Positions 1 to 11,367 of a DNA stretch of 64,000 nucleotides are shown here, piece after piece. The DNA is from Marsupella aquatica. Its lineage: Eukaryota; Plantae; Marchantiophyta. The DNA lies in contig OZ316891.1 in NCBI GenBank assembly GCA_973895155.1, forward strand, positions 27,317,561-27,381,560. The letters are read 5' to 3'. The notes beneath the pieces were generated by a model. The model was not told the origin of the DNA. It saw only the letters and a list, made by a program, of their open reading frames with translations, and did no database searches. The first letter of the stretch is position 1. Each line of letters starts with the position of its first letter. The position numbers and the translations under genes were made by a program.

Positions 1-319
1 ATAAAAAAGGAGGATAATGTGTTTACCATTGGAGCAAGATCTCCATATTCTTCAATTTGGGACTCTGGGTAAAATTCCATAATTTTGTCACCCAAATATT
101 GATCGGGTTCAAGTTGTTCCAGTGTTTCTTGATTGAGAAGATGACCAATAGAAGGGTTGTGCACAAATCTATGAAGAACACATTTGAATTCAATAACCTC
201 CTTTGATGGACCCTGCAAGGACATTATTGTCACATAAGAACATATAAATCTCTTTCAGTATTTTCGAAAGTTCATATACAATTTGGGGCAATCTCATTTG
301 CGACAACTATCTCAAATCT

Positions 320-874
320 CTACACCTCAAGGAATGAGCCAAGATCTAGTGGTGGAGCTTCTGCTTCCTCTTCCCCCTCCTCCTCCTCCTCATCAACATC
401 ATCATCATTCTCGGCCGCAGTTGTAATGATGCAAATTCTGGTGGTGAGAGTGCTCGTCATACCATCAATTGGTGGTTGTATCTCAAAACTCATCGGCCTT
501 GTACCCTCCTCAATTGCTTCCTCATTCAAGTCCCATGATTCATCCAACGTGACTAGTCGAGTCTGGATGCAGTCTATTTGCTGAGCACTCAACTCTACTG
601 CTGTCACATGTCGCTTTGCCAACAAAGCCCCACACGAAGTAGACCCACTTCCGGCACATAAATCAGCAATCCAATCTCCTTCACTAAAATGTTTGATAAA
701 CCAGTCTACGAGGGCTATCGGCTTTTGATACGGATTCACTACTTCCCCTAATGGTGTTACACATTTCTTGGTAACACAGGGTACCTTGATGATGTTGATT
801 CTTTTCTCATCATGCTCAAAATTATACATTTCCCTGGTCCTGATACCACCTTCATTATAGTATCCGATGGACAT
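320..874 (-). CDS. C-terminal half of a beta-class (N6_N4_Mtase-type) amino-methyltransferase domain plus acidic linker, part of copy A
   Basis: QKP-x-L motif followed by SAM-binding motif I 'IADLCAGSGST' and 'VTAVE'. No DPPY-like catalytic motif seen in this copy. Confidence 0.75.
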   Translation of the reverse strand: MSIGYYNEGGIRTREMYNFEHDEKRINIIKVPCVTKKCVTPLGEVVNPYQKPIALVDWFIKHFSEGDWIADLCAGSGSTSCGALLAKRHVTAVELSAQQIDCIQTRLVTLDESWDLNEEAIEEGTRPMSFEIQPPIDGMTSTLTTRICIITTAAENDDDVDEEEEEGEEEAEAPPLDLGSFLEV

Positions 875-892
875 GAATCAGCCAAAAACGAG

Positions 893-938
893 GGTTGAAT
901 CCCAAATGGGATACGCGTATCCCATTCGGTATTCAACC
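893..938. repeat. Single copy of the type-A palindrome, just inside a splice donor at ~961-965
   Basis: GTTGAATCCCAAATGGGATACGCGTATCCCATTCGGTATTCAAC. Confidence 0.85.
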
Positions 939-1154
939 TCTGGAATGCACGTTTGAACAACTTACCACATCCAAGAGTTTACCGCTCCATCTTTCAAGCT
1001 CCAAAGACTGCGTCTCCTTTGGAAACATTTGTTTACAGGTTGCCCAGTCTGGTTGGCCAAACAATTGTACAAAGAGTTTACTGATCTTCACAAGCTTCTT
1101 GTAACTTTCAGCCTCTTTTGCCATCTGCTCAAGATTAATCATTCTATCCTTGAC

Positions 1155-1907
1155 TCAAAGAAGAAGGGATTCCAAAAACCTGTCCTGCTCAATCCCTTGG
1201 ATCGCTCTCCAAGGCGTCAAAGCGAGCCCCCCTGCTAGCTTGTTCAAAGGTTTCACGACGGGTGTGGCCTTTTGCTTCCCTTTCTTCAGTATCTTCACCG
1301 AGGATTTTTGTTTGTTCTGCCCCTTTATCTCGAATCTATTCCACATGTCAAAGATCTGGTCTTGGAGGTCCCAAACTTTTCCAGATCTAAATAATATCTG
1401 AAAAAGAGGTTCGTGCTTCTTCAGTGTTTTCCCAACCCCTGGAATGAAGCCATCAAGACATACCTCCGACGCGCAGGCCTCTCGAGTCTCTTTTGTTTTT
1501 TGCATGCCTCTAGCAAGGAAGACCTTATGCATTGTTCGGATTTGATCAATATTGTTCATCTTTTTTCGATACTCCTGGTCAATATTGTGTTGAATACTGA
1601 GTTTTTGAACATCGTCCCTTGTAAGCCTTGCATAGACCCATGCTTGAAGTTCATTGAAGATTTCTCGACCATAAGCCTCAAACAGTTCTCTTTTAGCTCG
1701 CGCTCCATGATTACCCCCAATTACCCGATATCTCCAGGTCGATGCCTTGGCCGGGTCCCAATCTGCAACCGACGGACAATCTTCCGGAATAACAAACAAC
1801 ACAAATGGCATAGTGAAATTTGTTGGATTCAACTTCATCAAAGTTTTGATATTCTCCACGTGCAAACGATCAACAGTCCGAACCAACGTGGAGTTCTGAT
1901 CATTCAT
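1155..1907 (-). CDS. ParB/Sulfiredoxin-like domain, part of copy A
   Basis: 'RTVDRLHVENIKTLMK...PFVLFV...YRVIGGNHGARAKREL' matches the ParB/Srx pattern (y-x-I-x-G-x-HR-xx-A), with R replaced by G. Confidence 0.65.
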   Translation of the reverse strand: MNDQNSTLVRTVDRLHVENIKTLMKLNPTNFTMPFVLFVIPEDCPSVADWDPAKASTWRYRVIGGNHGARAKRELFEAYGREIFNELQAWVYARLTRDDVQKLSIQHNIDQEYRKKMNNIDQIRTMHKVFLARGMQKTKETREACASEVCLDGFIPGVGKTLKKHEPLFQILFRSGKVWDLQDQIFDMWNRFEIKGQNKQKSSVKILKKGKQKATPVVKPLNKLAGGLALTPWRAIQGIEQDRFLESLLL

Positions 1908-3024
1908 GTCATCGACCAGGAGGAGGTTTGTTGTTTTCAGAATGACGGTGGTCTTCTAAACTCTTTTTGTCTCCATTAAGTGAGACACTTCTTCCCTTAC
2001 AACCGACGTCTCTTCACGTTGCAGGGCCGTAGTCAGTTCATTTGTCGAATCTTCTTTCCTCTCGACAATCATTGGACCCTTCCCCTTGGATGTGACCGAT
2101 GGCCCACCTTGAGAAGTTGGAGGAATCTCACCTACCAATCTCAAAGGCGAAGGTGGAGCTGTTGACACAATGCTCGCAGGCGCAGACACAACTCTCTTTT
2201 GGATTTCTCGTCGATCCAACTTCGTCTTTGTTTTGGCAGGATCTTCTGAGATAGTTGCACCGAAATGTTCACCTGATTTTCCACCAGAGATATCTTGCGC
2301 TTTCTTCCTCTTTGTTGGCTCGAAGATTGCCTTCTCTTTTGTTGATGTTGTTTGGGAATCCTCCACCGTCCCAGAGGGATCCGTTGGCCTGTGTATCTTC
2401 AAGTTCAACAGAGTTCTCTCTGGGCACTTAAAGTCTTCTCCAACCACTGAACAATACTCAATTTTGGTGAAGTCCCGCACCACCTTCCAAGATGTTAAAG
2501 ACATAACTCAAACACCAGTACAAAAATGAATCCACATCAGGTGCCTCCGCCACAAGCTTGATAATCAAATCATCTGAAAATGTATTCATCGAGACTCGAT
2601 CAAGTTTTTCATAGTTTAGGACCAACACAGAAAACGTCTTGTCAAGACCAACACAAAGAAACATTGGCACCATCTTCACTTTCCTTGTTTTTGAGTCAAC
2701 AATGTCTACCTCGGCCGTGTCAATCACCAACCTTGGTGGCAATGCTCCTTACCCTTCACAACAATCAACCATAAGGCTGGGCCAGCATATGCTCTATGAA
2801 GATCAAGCTCACGAGCATCACGCAAATACCACTTATTCCCGAGGAATTTCTCCTCCGTATAGTGATCCTTTTTCCAGATTTCATCGATGATGGCTTGTCG
2901 GAAAGAGTCTGTGGAACCAGAAGCAATTGACTTGTTCGACATCTTGAAGAAAAGAAAACCACATATAAGAATTTCAAGCCTAATATGATCGAGGTCAAAG
3001 GTAGCAAGACCATAATAGTATGTC

Positions 3025-3513
3025 TGAATGCGAGATGGGATATGCCGTATCCCATCTTGTATTCAACGTTTCACTTTTCGCCTATTTTTTCTGAAAAGCC
3101 TAAGATCACTATGTTGAACACCAAGTGAGATACGCGGTATCCCACTTAGTATCCAATCACTCCTTTCCTGCTCTTTTGTTCAGAGATCTTCAGATTTGGG
3201 TGTTGAATGCCAAACGGGATACCGCGTATCCCACATTGGATTCACCCCCTTTATCGCGTTGAGGATTCAAAAACTCTTGAGATTTTCATGTTGAATGCGA
3301 AGTGGGATACGCGGTATCCCGCTTTGCATTCAACCTCCGTTCTCCATTCGTTTTCAATCTCAAAAGCAAATTTGGCCTAAGTGAATGTGAAGTGGGATAC
3401 GCGGTATCCCACTTCGCATTCAACCTCCGTTCTCCGTTTGTTTTCAATCTCAAAAGCGAATTTGGCCTAAGTGAATGCAAAGTGGGATACTGCGTATCCC
3501 CCTTCGTATTCAT
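3025..3513. repeat. Array of six ~45-bp type-A palindromes at an 88-90 bp period, inside the predicted 5'UTR intron of copy A
   Basis: Copies start near 3025, 3113, 3202, 3290, 3380, 3470. Consensus GTTGAATGCGAAGTGGGATAC-GCG-GTATCCCACTTCGCATTCAAC. Confidence 0.9.
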
Positions 3514-3550
3514 GTTACTAGTTTGATCCAAAAATTGAGGAGACGACATT

Positions 3551-3690
3551 CTCACCTGTAAATGGAACGTGAGCCGAGGGAATACGAATATCTATAGAGA
3601 TTGGGGATTGAGCAAGACATAGAGGTACCACGAGTGAGCAGAAATGAGCGTAATTTTTTGAGGAGGGCACTCTAATTTATACTTTCTCCT
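3551..3690 (-). promoter_or_regulatory. Putative TATA promoter and non-coding first exon of copy A
   Basis: Minus-strand GTATAAATTAG at ~3672-3682; donor AG|GTGAG at ~3552-3557; acceptor TTCTTTTCTTCAAG directly before the ATG at 2942. Confidence 0.55.
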
Positions 3691-3970
3691 CCTGAACAAG
3701 GCTAACTCCTAAGATTAGTTACAGGAAATAGTCGCGGCAAGGTCGAAGCAACTAGTCACGGCAAATAGTCGCAGCAAAGAGTTGGAAATATGGCAAAATT
3801 TATTATAGGTGCAATCCGATATGGGATACCCTTGTACAAATTCAATTGGCAACGAGATAGTAAATGAGTTTGTTACGAAATGCAACGAAAGATAGTAAAT
3901 CAATTCATGAAAAATAGTTTTACAAGGAGCTCAGGAGGAGCAGACCTAAACATGATTGAAAGAATGGGAA

Positions 3971-4525
3971 TCAAGCTAACCCTGAAGTTTCTCCATATAT
4001 TTCCACTAATCTGGCTTGCTGGTCTTTCTCTAGATTGAGCCAGTCCTCTTGAAATCGTCTTAGTTTTGATATCAAAAATAAGCCAAGGAAATCAATTGGG
4101 GGAAGATTTGGAGTTTCCATCCTAAAAACGTTTGCGAGATGAATATTCTGAAGTGTGTCTCCGTGAAGAACGCTAGCAAGCATTTCATTTAATCCCTCAA
4201 ACTGGCTTCGTGCTAGTCGAAGGAGACCCCATACTTGTGTACAAACTACAAGCTTGTTCCATTTCTTTGAAGTGGATCCAAGCCAAACCATTTTTTTTAA
4301 TCGTCCAAGTCTTTCTTCAGCTGAGATCTTGGAGGAATCAAATTCGTCCTCGATGCAAGACACTTTCAAAATGGGCCATATGTAAGTTTCAACAATTTCA
4401 TCAGGAAGTCCATCCAAAAGTAGTCCAAATTTGATTCGGCAACGTTTATGCTCAATTTGTTTCTTCTTCTCTTTCTCAAATAAGGTCACTAACCTCGCAA
4501 AGATTAGGTTCTCAAGGACGGCCAT
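3971..4525 (-). CDS. F-box-like protein (element cargo)
   Basis: 'LLDGLPDEIVETYIWPIL...LGSTSKKWNKLV' fits the F-box LPDE...L-x-x-x-(S/C)KxW pattern. Open 184-aa ORF. Confidence 0.55.
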   Translation of the reverse strand: MAVLENLIFARLVTLFEKEKKKQIEHKRCRIKFGLLLDGLPDEIVETYIWPILKVSCIEDEFDSSKISAEERLGRLKKMVWLGSTSKKWNKLVVCTQVWGLLRLARSQFEGLNEMLASVLHGDTLQNIHLANVFRMETPNLPPIDFLGLFLISKLRRFQEDWLNLEKDQQARLVEIYGETSGLA

Positions 4526-4730
4526 TCCAAATAGTTTGACAAGAAGGAAGGAATACCTGGAGTGATAGAAAATGGAGAAGTTCTGTTTTTGAAGAACCTA
4601 CAAAACAAGGATCAAAATATTTAATTTACTTTATTTATTTGATCAAAAGAAAAACATCATGTCGAAATCTTTGTGAGCCAAGAATACTGAACAAAACTCC
4701 AAATATTTGTGAGCAAAGAATCAAGAAGAT

Positions 4731-5087
4731 TCAATGGGAAGAGTTAACCCAAGGATCTTTGTTCCAAATCCGACAACACAAGTATGCCAATCGATGATAC
4801 TTATTTTGATCATCACGACAATAATTACACAAAGAATCGACATAATGCAGACAACCACTCAAAACAATTCTTGACCAAATTGGAACTCCTTGCTCATTCT
4901 TTTTGCAAAACTCAATTCGGAGCGGATTGAGACTATCTTGAGGATCTACGCCTCCCATCCAAAGCGCTCCTAATCCAACAGGAAGCACTTTGAGTTCAAT
5001 TAATCTCTTATACAATCGACAAGCACGTTTATCTCGGTTTTGAATCTGGACCGTCATTGAACTCACGGTTGAAAATATAAGTCTCAA
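4731..5087 (-). CDS. Small Cys-containing hypothetical protein (element cargo)
   Basis: 118-aa ORF downstream of a TATA/exon/intron module; no family recognised. Confidence 0.35.
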   Translation of the reverse strand: MRLIFSTVSSMTVQIQNRDKRACRLYKRLIELKVLPVGLGALWMGGVDPQDSLNPLRIEFCKKNEQGVPIWSRIVLSGCLHYVDSLCNYCRDDQNKYHRLAYLCCRIWNKDPWVNSSH

Positions 5088-5230
5088 AGAAAGCTAAAGC
5101 TTTAATAGTTCTTTACTCCAAAATGGCGGGCTCGAAGGAAGCAAGAGCTTTTGTCAAAATTGACCAGAACCTAGCCTGCAAAACCATCGCCGATACTTAA
5201 GATATCTTTTGCCATCGCCAAAAAGCTATT

Positions 5231-5937
5231 GCTGAATACCCAAAGGGCTACGCCGTATCCCACTTCGCATTCAAACTTCTCCTTTCGGACCTAACCTGAT
5301 TGATATTCAGAGGTTGAATACCATATGGCATATCAGGTATCCCACTTCGCATTCAACATTGAAATTTCCTTCATTTTTCAACCAAGAGCTTCTTATGCAG
5401 AGGTTGGATGCGAAGTGGGATACGCGGTATCCCACTTCGCATCCAACCTCTTTTTCTCATGTTTCGTCATGCCAAAACTGGATTTTTCAAGATTGAATCC
5501 CAAACCGGATACGCATCCTCGTGATTTCCAAAAAGATGTATTGCTCACCTATTTTTGTAGTCTGACTTGGGGGATATGAATATGCATATAGAGTGTGGAT
5601 TCGTCAGGAGCAAGCAAATGCGGGAGCAAGAAGAAATGAGCCAAAAAAATTGAGTCGGGGCTCTCCTATTTATAGTTTCCCTCGACCATGGTCAGTTTCT
5701 AACCATAGTTTCATCGTAGTCGATTAAAAGTGACCGTTGAAAGGAATCCTCAAGGAATATTCTTGACGGGTAAATCATACTCGCCCCTTTTACTGCGTTT
5801 GTTGGTTTTGTTTTTTTAAACTGCGATGGGATCCAAAATGGGATACGTCGTATCCCTGCTTTGGATTCAAGTCATTTTTTCCCATTTTAATAATCTAAAA
5901 TCTGGGTTATTAGAGGGAATACTAATTCCGTATCCAA
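5231..5937. repeat. Second cluster of type-A palindromes (about 6 copies, some degenerate)
   Basis: Copies near 5231, 5313, 5402 (GGTTGGATGCGAAGTGGGATACGCGGTATCCCACTTCGCATCCAACC, perfect arms), 5493, 5828, and degenerate ~5907. Confidence 0.85.
5544..5682 (-). promoter_or_regulatory. Second TATA and first-exon module, similar to 3551-3690
   Basis: Minus-strand CTATAAATAG at ~5666-5675; donor AG|GTGAG at ~5544-5549; shared blocks with 3551-3690 (gaata-c/t-gaatat, gagcaag, agaaatgagc). Confidence 0.55.
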
Positions 5938-5949
5938 CACTTTTTTGCC

Positions 5950-6390
5950 TTAGAATGTTTTTCCGCCGCGAGCATTTGAAACGAGAAGTGTGGTCACACT
6001 TCTCGTTTGATCCGTCACTATGTTTTCAGGGTTATCTCCGTGCAAAGAATCCAAATAGTCCAGTTTCCTAAGACCCATGTCGATGACGACCAGTGCCCAA
6101 TGGTTATGTCCCTCATGAATAGGGACCATGACCATCTCTACATCAGTTAAAATGTGCTCCAACTTTGAGGTCCAAGTTTGAACATCGTCATACTTATATC
6201 CACCTCAAGCAAGTTCCGAATAGAACCAAGTATCAAAAATATGAACCTGCGGGAGGTCGGTACCCGCGGATTCTGCTCTCGAAGCAATCAGACCAAAAGA
6301 AGCATTCAGAATTTCAGAAGTTATCCATCGCTCGGGACCTAAACATGCCATCTCGCGACGAGTTATGATGCATCCACTGATTGTCGACAA
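5950..6390 (-). CDS. Ulp1/SENP (peptidase C48) domain fragment, truncated before the catalytic Cys
   Basis: The His motif 'NHWALVVID' and the 'YLDSL' motif are present; the Q-x-N-xx-DCG motif is not found. Confidence 0.8.
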
Positions 6391-7392
6391 AACTAAATCC
6401 TAATCCATGTCAGGGTTGAGGCAAAAGTTTATCGCCACATCATCATTCAGGTTGAGAGAAGTGGGAAAGAGTGAATTGGCACCTGCCTCATTTGCAGGCT
6501 CCACTGCAAGTTCCACGGCAACATTATCGACATGTCCGATGACGGGCTCGACCTTGCATGGACCCTGATTTTCTGCCCAAGTGTGGGGAGGGGATGGATT
6601 GACGATGTTAACGGCCTCTTGAACTCCAGTGACAACCTAAAGGTAATCGGAAGGATCCTCAGACACAACCGGTGCAATATCATTTACAATTGAGTCCACC
6701 TCGCCAAATGACCCCACACGAGGCTCGCGTAGAGATAGAGGTATCCCACCGTCATTGTGTTCTTCCTCCACAAGAGGTCCTTTGGAACTCCCTAAGTGGT
6801 GGATCGGTCTTTGCGCCTCACCAAATTCCCATGGACGGCAAATTTGTTCCCCAACATTAATCATTCCAACACAAGGATCAGAAAATCTGTTATCGTCTTG
6901 ATGGGAAACTGTTCTAGTGACATGATAGTGCCTCCCTTCCTTTGCGCCACTTGCATTCGAGTTTTGCGTTGAGCTGCCCTCCCCTCCTGGAAGTTTCCAT
7001 AAGGATTTCACAAATTGTGCGACACCCTCCAACAACTTGAGATTCTCTGCATAAGCCATGAGGTCCATCACATCCCCCCTTTCCGAACAAAAAGAGAAAC
7101 ATTCCCTTTCCAGAAGAAGGGCATTCTTTCCTTGGAATGGGAACATTTTTATAATTTTTGGTTCCCCCGCGAAAAGCCCCACGGGGAGGGCAAACAGACA
7201 GACCAGAAGGCCAGACCAAGCGACATAAAACAAAGCCGAACACACAGCGCACAGGCACACATCACCAGCGCATATCCCACAGCCCCCCGACCACCAAACA
7301 GTGGAAAAGGGAAAATCAATCACCAACACAAGCCCAAGCCCAACATAAGAGGGCATTCAACAGTCAGATCATCCAGGAAGCCACGGTCCCCC

Positions 7393-10300
7393 TCAAGCAA
7401 AAGAATTGACAGCAATGCTGCCACTGCCTAGCCAAACCCTACGCAGGTCATCCATCCATGCCTTTGCCCGAATCAGGCGGGTGCACTTCCTGCCCGGGGG
7501 GCAGCGCCGACTAACAGCAAAAGCGTTCTCCGCTGCCTCATTCAGAACAAGTCCCAAGTCAAACACCCGTCTCCCCCCCACCTGAAACATGTGAGTGTTC
7601 CTTCCCGTCCAGAGTCGCCACAGAATATGGTGCAAGACGAAGATCCGGGCCACTTGCACAGGCTCCTTCCCGCAGGCCGCCTCTAAAAGAGCCATCAGAC
7701 CTCGTCCCATTGGGAAGCCCAGAATCTGCAACGAATCCTGACAGAGTAGCCAGCAACGGACCGCATGTGTACAGTGGAAGAACACGTGGGGGATCGTCTC
7801 CAGCCATCCTTTGCAAAGCTTGCAATCTCCATTACTCACCTCCATTCTGAGCGCACGTGCCCCAGTGAAAAGGCCCCCTACAATAATCCTCCACACAAAG
7901 GTCTTGCCTCTAATCGGAAGATCAGACCCCCAAAGCTTAGCCCAACACATATTCCAACGCATCTCAGGCCAGGACAGTGACCAGATCCGATTGAGGCGGT
8001 CATGGGATGCAGTCTTAGGCCTTAAGAAATCATACACTCTACAATTCTTGATTCTGAAGTCCTTCAGCGGCTCCGGTCTGTCTGTCCATCTCCACTGCTT
8101 GGCATACAAGTAGTATTCAGATCGGCAATTGTCTGCCCGCCAAAGGCACTCCAAGAACGAACGAGCCATCGTTCGATGCTCATCAGAAAAGCCACGCATA
8201 TTGTGCCATCGTAGCGGTAGGTCCTTCCAACATCCATCCTCCGTCGACCATCCATCACCAATAGACCTCAATCCCAGCCTGCCACAAATCGCAGCAATCT
8301 CTATGAGGGCTTTATTCGGAAGGGAATTGAAGCCCACCATACACCTGAGGGTATCCATGATGCTCCACCGGGAAGGTGGCCCCGTCCGCCCAGGATCGAA
8401 GAATAAGTGGGCTCTCACTAGCTCCCAGCTTCTCCAGAGACCTGTCGTGTAGGGGAGCCCACTAAATGAACGAGGCGTGCACAGTAGCAGCCGGTCCTGG
8501 AAGGAGTATCCATTTTGCCTAATAATTTTGTAGTTCGTCCACCCCATCAATTTCAGGTTGGCTGCCAACATCCTAGACCATTCCGTCTCAGGCGCGTTAA
8601 GTGCCTTAGTGAACCATTGAGAGAGTAATGCATCAGAGTGACTGCGGAAGTCCCGGAATCCCAGCCCCCCTTCCACACGTGGCAAAGCCATCCGATCCCA
8701 GGCCACCAGGGGGACCTTCCGTCCTCCAGTGGCATTATATCCCCATAAAAATTCCCTGCTCAGAGCAATCATCTTCTTCGCCAGGCCTACAGATGCCTTG
8801 CAATACATTACATGGTAGATCGGGATAGCAAGTAGTACCTGTTTGACCAGTAGTGAACGGCCAGTAAAAGAAAGAAGTTTGTTGGACCAAACAGAAAGTC
8901 TGGCACAAATCTTATCCAAACAGAATTTGTGCGGTTGTTCCGTGCTCAAACTCTCCCCAAAAGGTGCCCCCAGGTATTTCTGTATCTCGCCTCTTCGGCT
9001 GATAAGGCAGCCTGTGTTGTTCAGCCACTCTGGGATCCTTTCCAATGCCAATGGGATCACAACAGATTTCTTCAGATTCAGTCGCGCCCCACTAGCCATC
9101 TCATAGCATTCTAGAGCAGTGGTTGCTTCCTCAAAGGCACGCTCTGTGGCCGGGATAAACATCCCAACATCATCCGCAAACAGTCTATAGCAGATAGTGA
9201 ATCCAGGGGTGATCTGCAGTCCACAAAGTCGGCCCTCCGCCATCTCAATATCGAGAAAGTCCATAAGAGGTTGCGTGGAGATGACAAACAACAATGGTGA
9301 CAGTGGACAGCCCTGTCTTACCCCTCGTTTAAGCTCAAATGTGTTTGATAGTAATCCGTTCACCAAGGCCCTGGAAGATGCCTGTGCTAGCAGGGCCCTG
9401 ACCAGCATAGTGAAGCGTCCGCTGATGCCCAGTAGGTGCATGCATTCCCATAAGTAGTCATGTGAAACACGGTCAAAGGCCTTCTCGAAATCCAGTTTTA
9501 GGAACAATGCCTCTCTCCTCTTGTTGTGCACCCAGTCACATGTAAGCCAGGCTAAGGAAATATTTTCAAGAATGTGTCTTCCAGGTATAAATCCAGTCTG
9601 TTGCGGGCTAATAATCATGTGTAGAATCGGTTTGAGTCGTATAACGAGGATCTTGGCAATGAGCTTGTATATAGTATTTAACATTGTCAAAGGGCGCCAG
9701 TCCCTTAAAAACCGTTTATCAGGTTTCTTGGGTATGAACTTCACAATTCCTTCACAGATTCCAACGTCCAAAGCCCCCGTAAGCCAGAACTCCTGTATCA
9801 TATCCACCAGATCTTGCCCGAGAAACTCCTAGCATGCTCTGTAGACCTCAACTGTCATGCCATCCGGTCCCGGCGTTTTGTCACAAGGCAGGAGCCACAG
9901 CACCTCCTTCACCTCCTGGTATGACGGGAGTCTCTCCATCCTCAAATTCTCCGCTCCAGAGAGTGCAAACCTCGTGTTGCCAAGCAATCTGTCTCTGGCC
10001 ACACGAACCTCTTCCAACTCCGCTTCCAATCGCGGATCAGGCGAGTATAATGTTTGGCAGAACCTTTCTACCTCCTTCAGGATTTCTCCAGGGTCAGCTA
10101 CTGTACTCCCGTCCTCCCTATTCAGGGAAGGCATGGACTCACGAGATCGCTTAGCCCTCACTGTAGCAAAGAAAAACATTGTTGACTCGTCTCCTTCACT
10201 TAACCACTTAATTCTGGCTAGTCGTCGTCCTCTGTGTGCTTCCTCCAACTCTGAAGCATGTAGAGTATCTTCCGCGTCCATGAACTCTGCAATGTCTCCC

Positions 10301-11313
10301 TCTGAATGGTGTTCTATAATGGCCATCTTAAGAACTCGCAACTGAGCTCGCTGAGTTGCCATCTCCATCTCAGTTGTCCTTGGTTGGGCTTGAATTTCCT
10401 TCAATGTTTGACGCATTTTCCAGCTGCCCTTAGCAAAGCGCAGCCGCGGGTCCACAAAATCTCCTCATCCCACCCTCCAAGCAGCCTCCAGCCGCAGAAT
10501 GTCCTCCCTTCTCCGCAGAAACGCCGGGTTGGCCATGAAGAGACGCACTTTGCCTCTCTCCACCGTCTCTGTCAGTCCAGAGAGCTGCACATTCAACATA
10601 ACAGGATCATGATCCGAAAGGGCTGAGCCCCCGTCATGCAGGAGTTCCACCTCACAAAGCCATTCTCCCCTTTCACTAACATAAATCCTGTCGAGTCGAG
10701 ACTGTGACATCTCTCCATTCCGATTCCTTCTCCACGTGAAGCGCGGGCCAGCAGCTCCTCCCCTAATGTCCCACGCGTCTGTCAAATTAAATCTCATCTT
10801 CAAGAATCTCCAAAACTCAGCCTCTCTACCGCGGATCAGCGGCGATGTACCAGTCGAGTCCGTTCTGCGTTCTGTCATATTGAAGTCACCACACAGCACC
10901 CAGTCATTGTGTGGTAGCATCACCTTTAGATCATTCCATAGCAGAGCTCTTAGTCTAGCTGAATTGGGAGCATATATACACGCAACTCCGAAGGTCACCG
11001 CTCCCTTCTCGATCATAGCCCATACCGCCCTTCCCATATCCAGTGTTCCCGAGCCCACCACCCTTAGCTCAGGGTGTACCAGTAGTGCCGTTCCTCCCTT
11101 TCCCTCCTCCGGCTCAGAAGAAAAGTGCTGATATGATGGGAGAATAGCCCGCAGAGCCATATCAAGTCTAAATTGATCAGCTTTCACTTCTTGAAGGGCC
11201 AGAATCCCCAGCGGTACCTTCAGCGATCTTACCCAATTCTTAACAATATGCTTACGGTTAGGCTCACAAAGTCCACAGACGTTCCAGGATGCCACCCTGA
11301 GCCTTCCGTCCAT
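7393..11313 (-). pseudogene. LINE ORF2 (APE endonuclease, reverse transcriptase, zf-RVT) with two in-frame stops
   Basis: SWNVCGL, LQEVK, GDFN, SRLDRIY, SDHDPV; KLDFEKAFD, RQGCPLSPLLF, FADD; CKLC...HVFFHC. Stops at 10465-10467 and 9829-9831 in the same frame. Confidence 0.95.
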
Positions 11314-11367
11314 CCTCCTACTATGCCAAAATTATATCCTGGCACAGCCACCCCCCATCCTTGCGTC

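Larger units (their letters stand above)
27..2942 (-). pseudogene. Multi-domain gene copy A: unknown N-terminus, ParB/Srx-like domain, N6/N4 DNA MTase-like domain, acidic linker, start of Ulp1-like protease (continues past window start)
   Basis: Collinear ORF pieces 2724-2942, 2458-2742, 1956-2504, 1155-1907, 933-1142, 320-874. ParB-like 'VDRLHVENIKTLM...YRVIGGNHGARA'; MTase 'NPYQKPIALVDWFIKHFSEGDWIADLCAGSGSTSCGAL..RHVTAVE'. A phase-0 intron 213-325 (GAG|GTGTAG...TTGCAG|GGT) leads to exon 27-212 encoding 'ETLEQLEPDQYLGDKIMEFY', resembling the Ulp1 L-x-P-xx-WLND-x-I-xFY start. Frameshifts and stops are present. Confidence 0.7.

Noticed and set aside
320-1907. Bacterial or phage contamination (ParB plus MTase)
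   Set aside because: GT-AG introns, TATA modules, Ulp1 fusion, and plant LINE insertions in the paralogue, contiguous with plant genes.
3025-3513. CRISPR array (palindromic repeats with regular spacers)
   Set aside because: Eukaryotic intron context, no cas genes, repeats vary in sequence, and the last two spacers are near-identical.
6637-7356. Standalone 239-aa membrane-like ORF
   Set aside because: Chimeric: the N-terminal part is LINE 3'UTR and the part below 7129 belongs to gene copy B.
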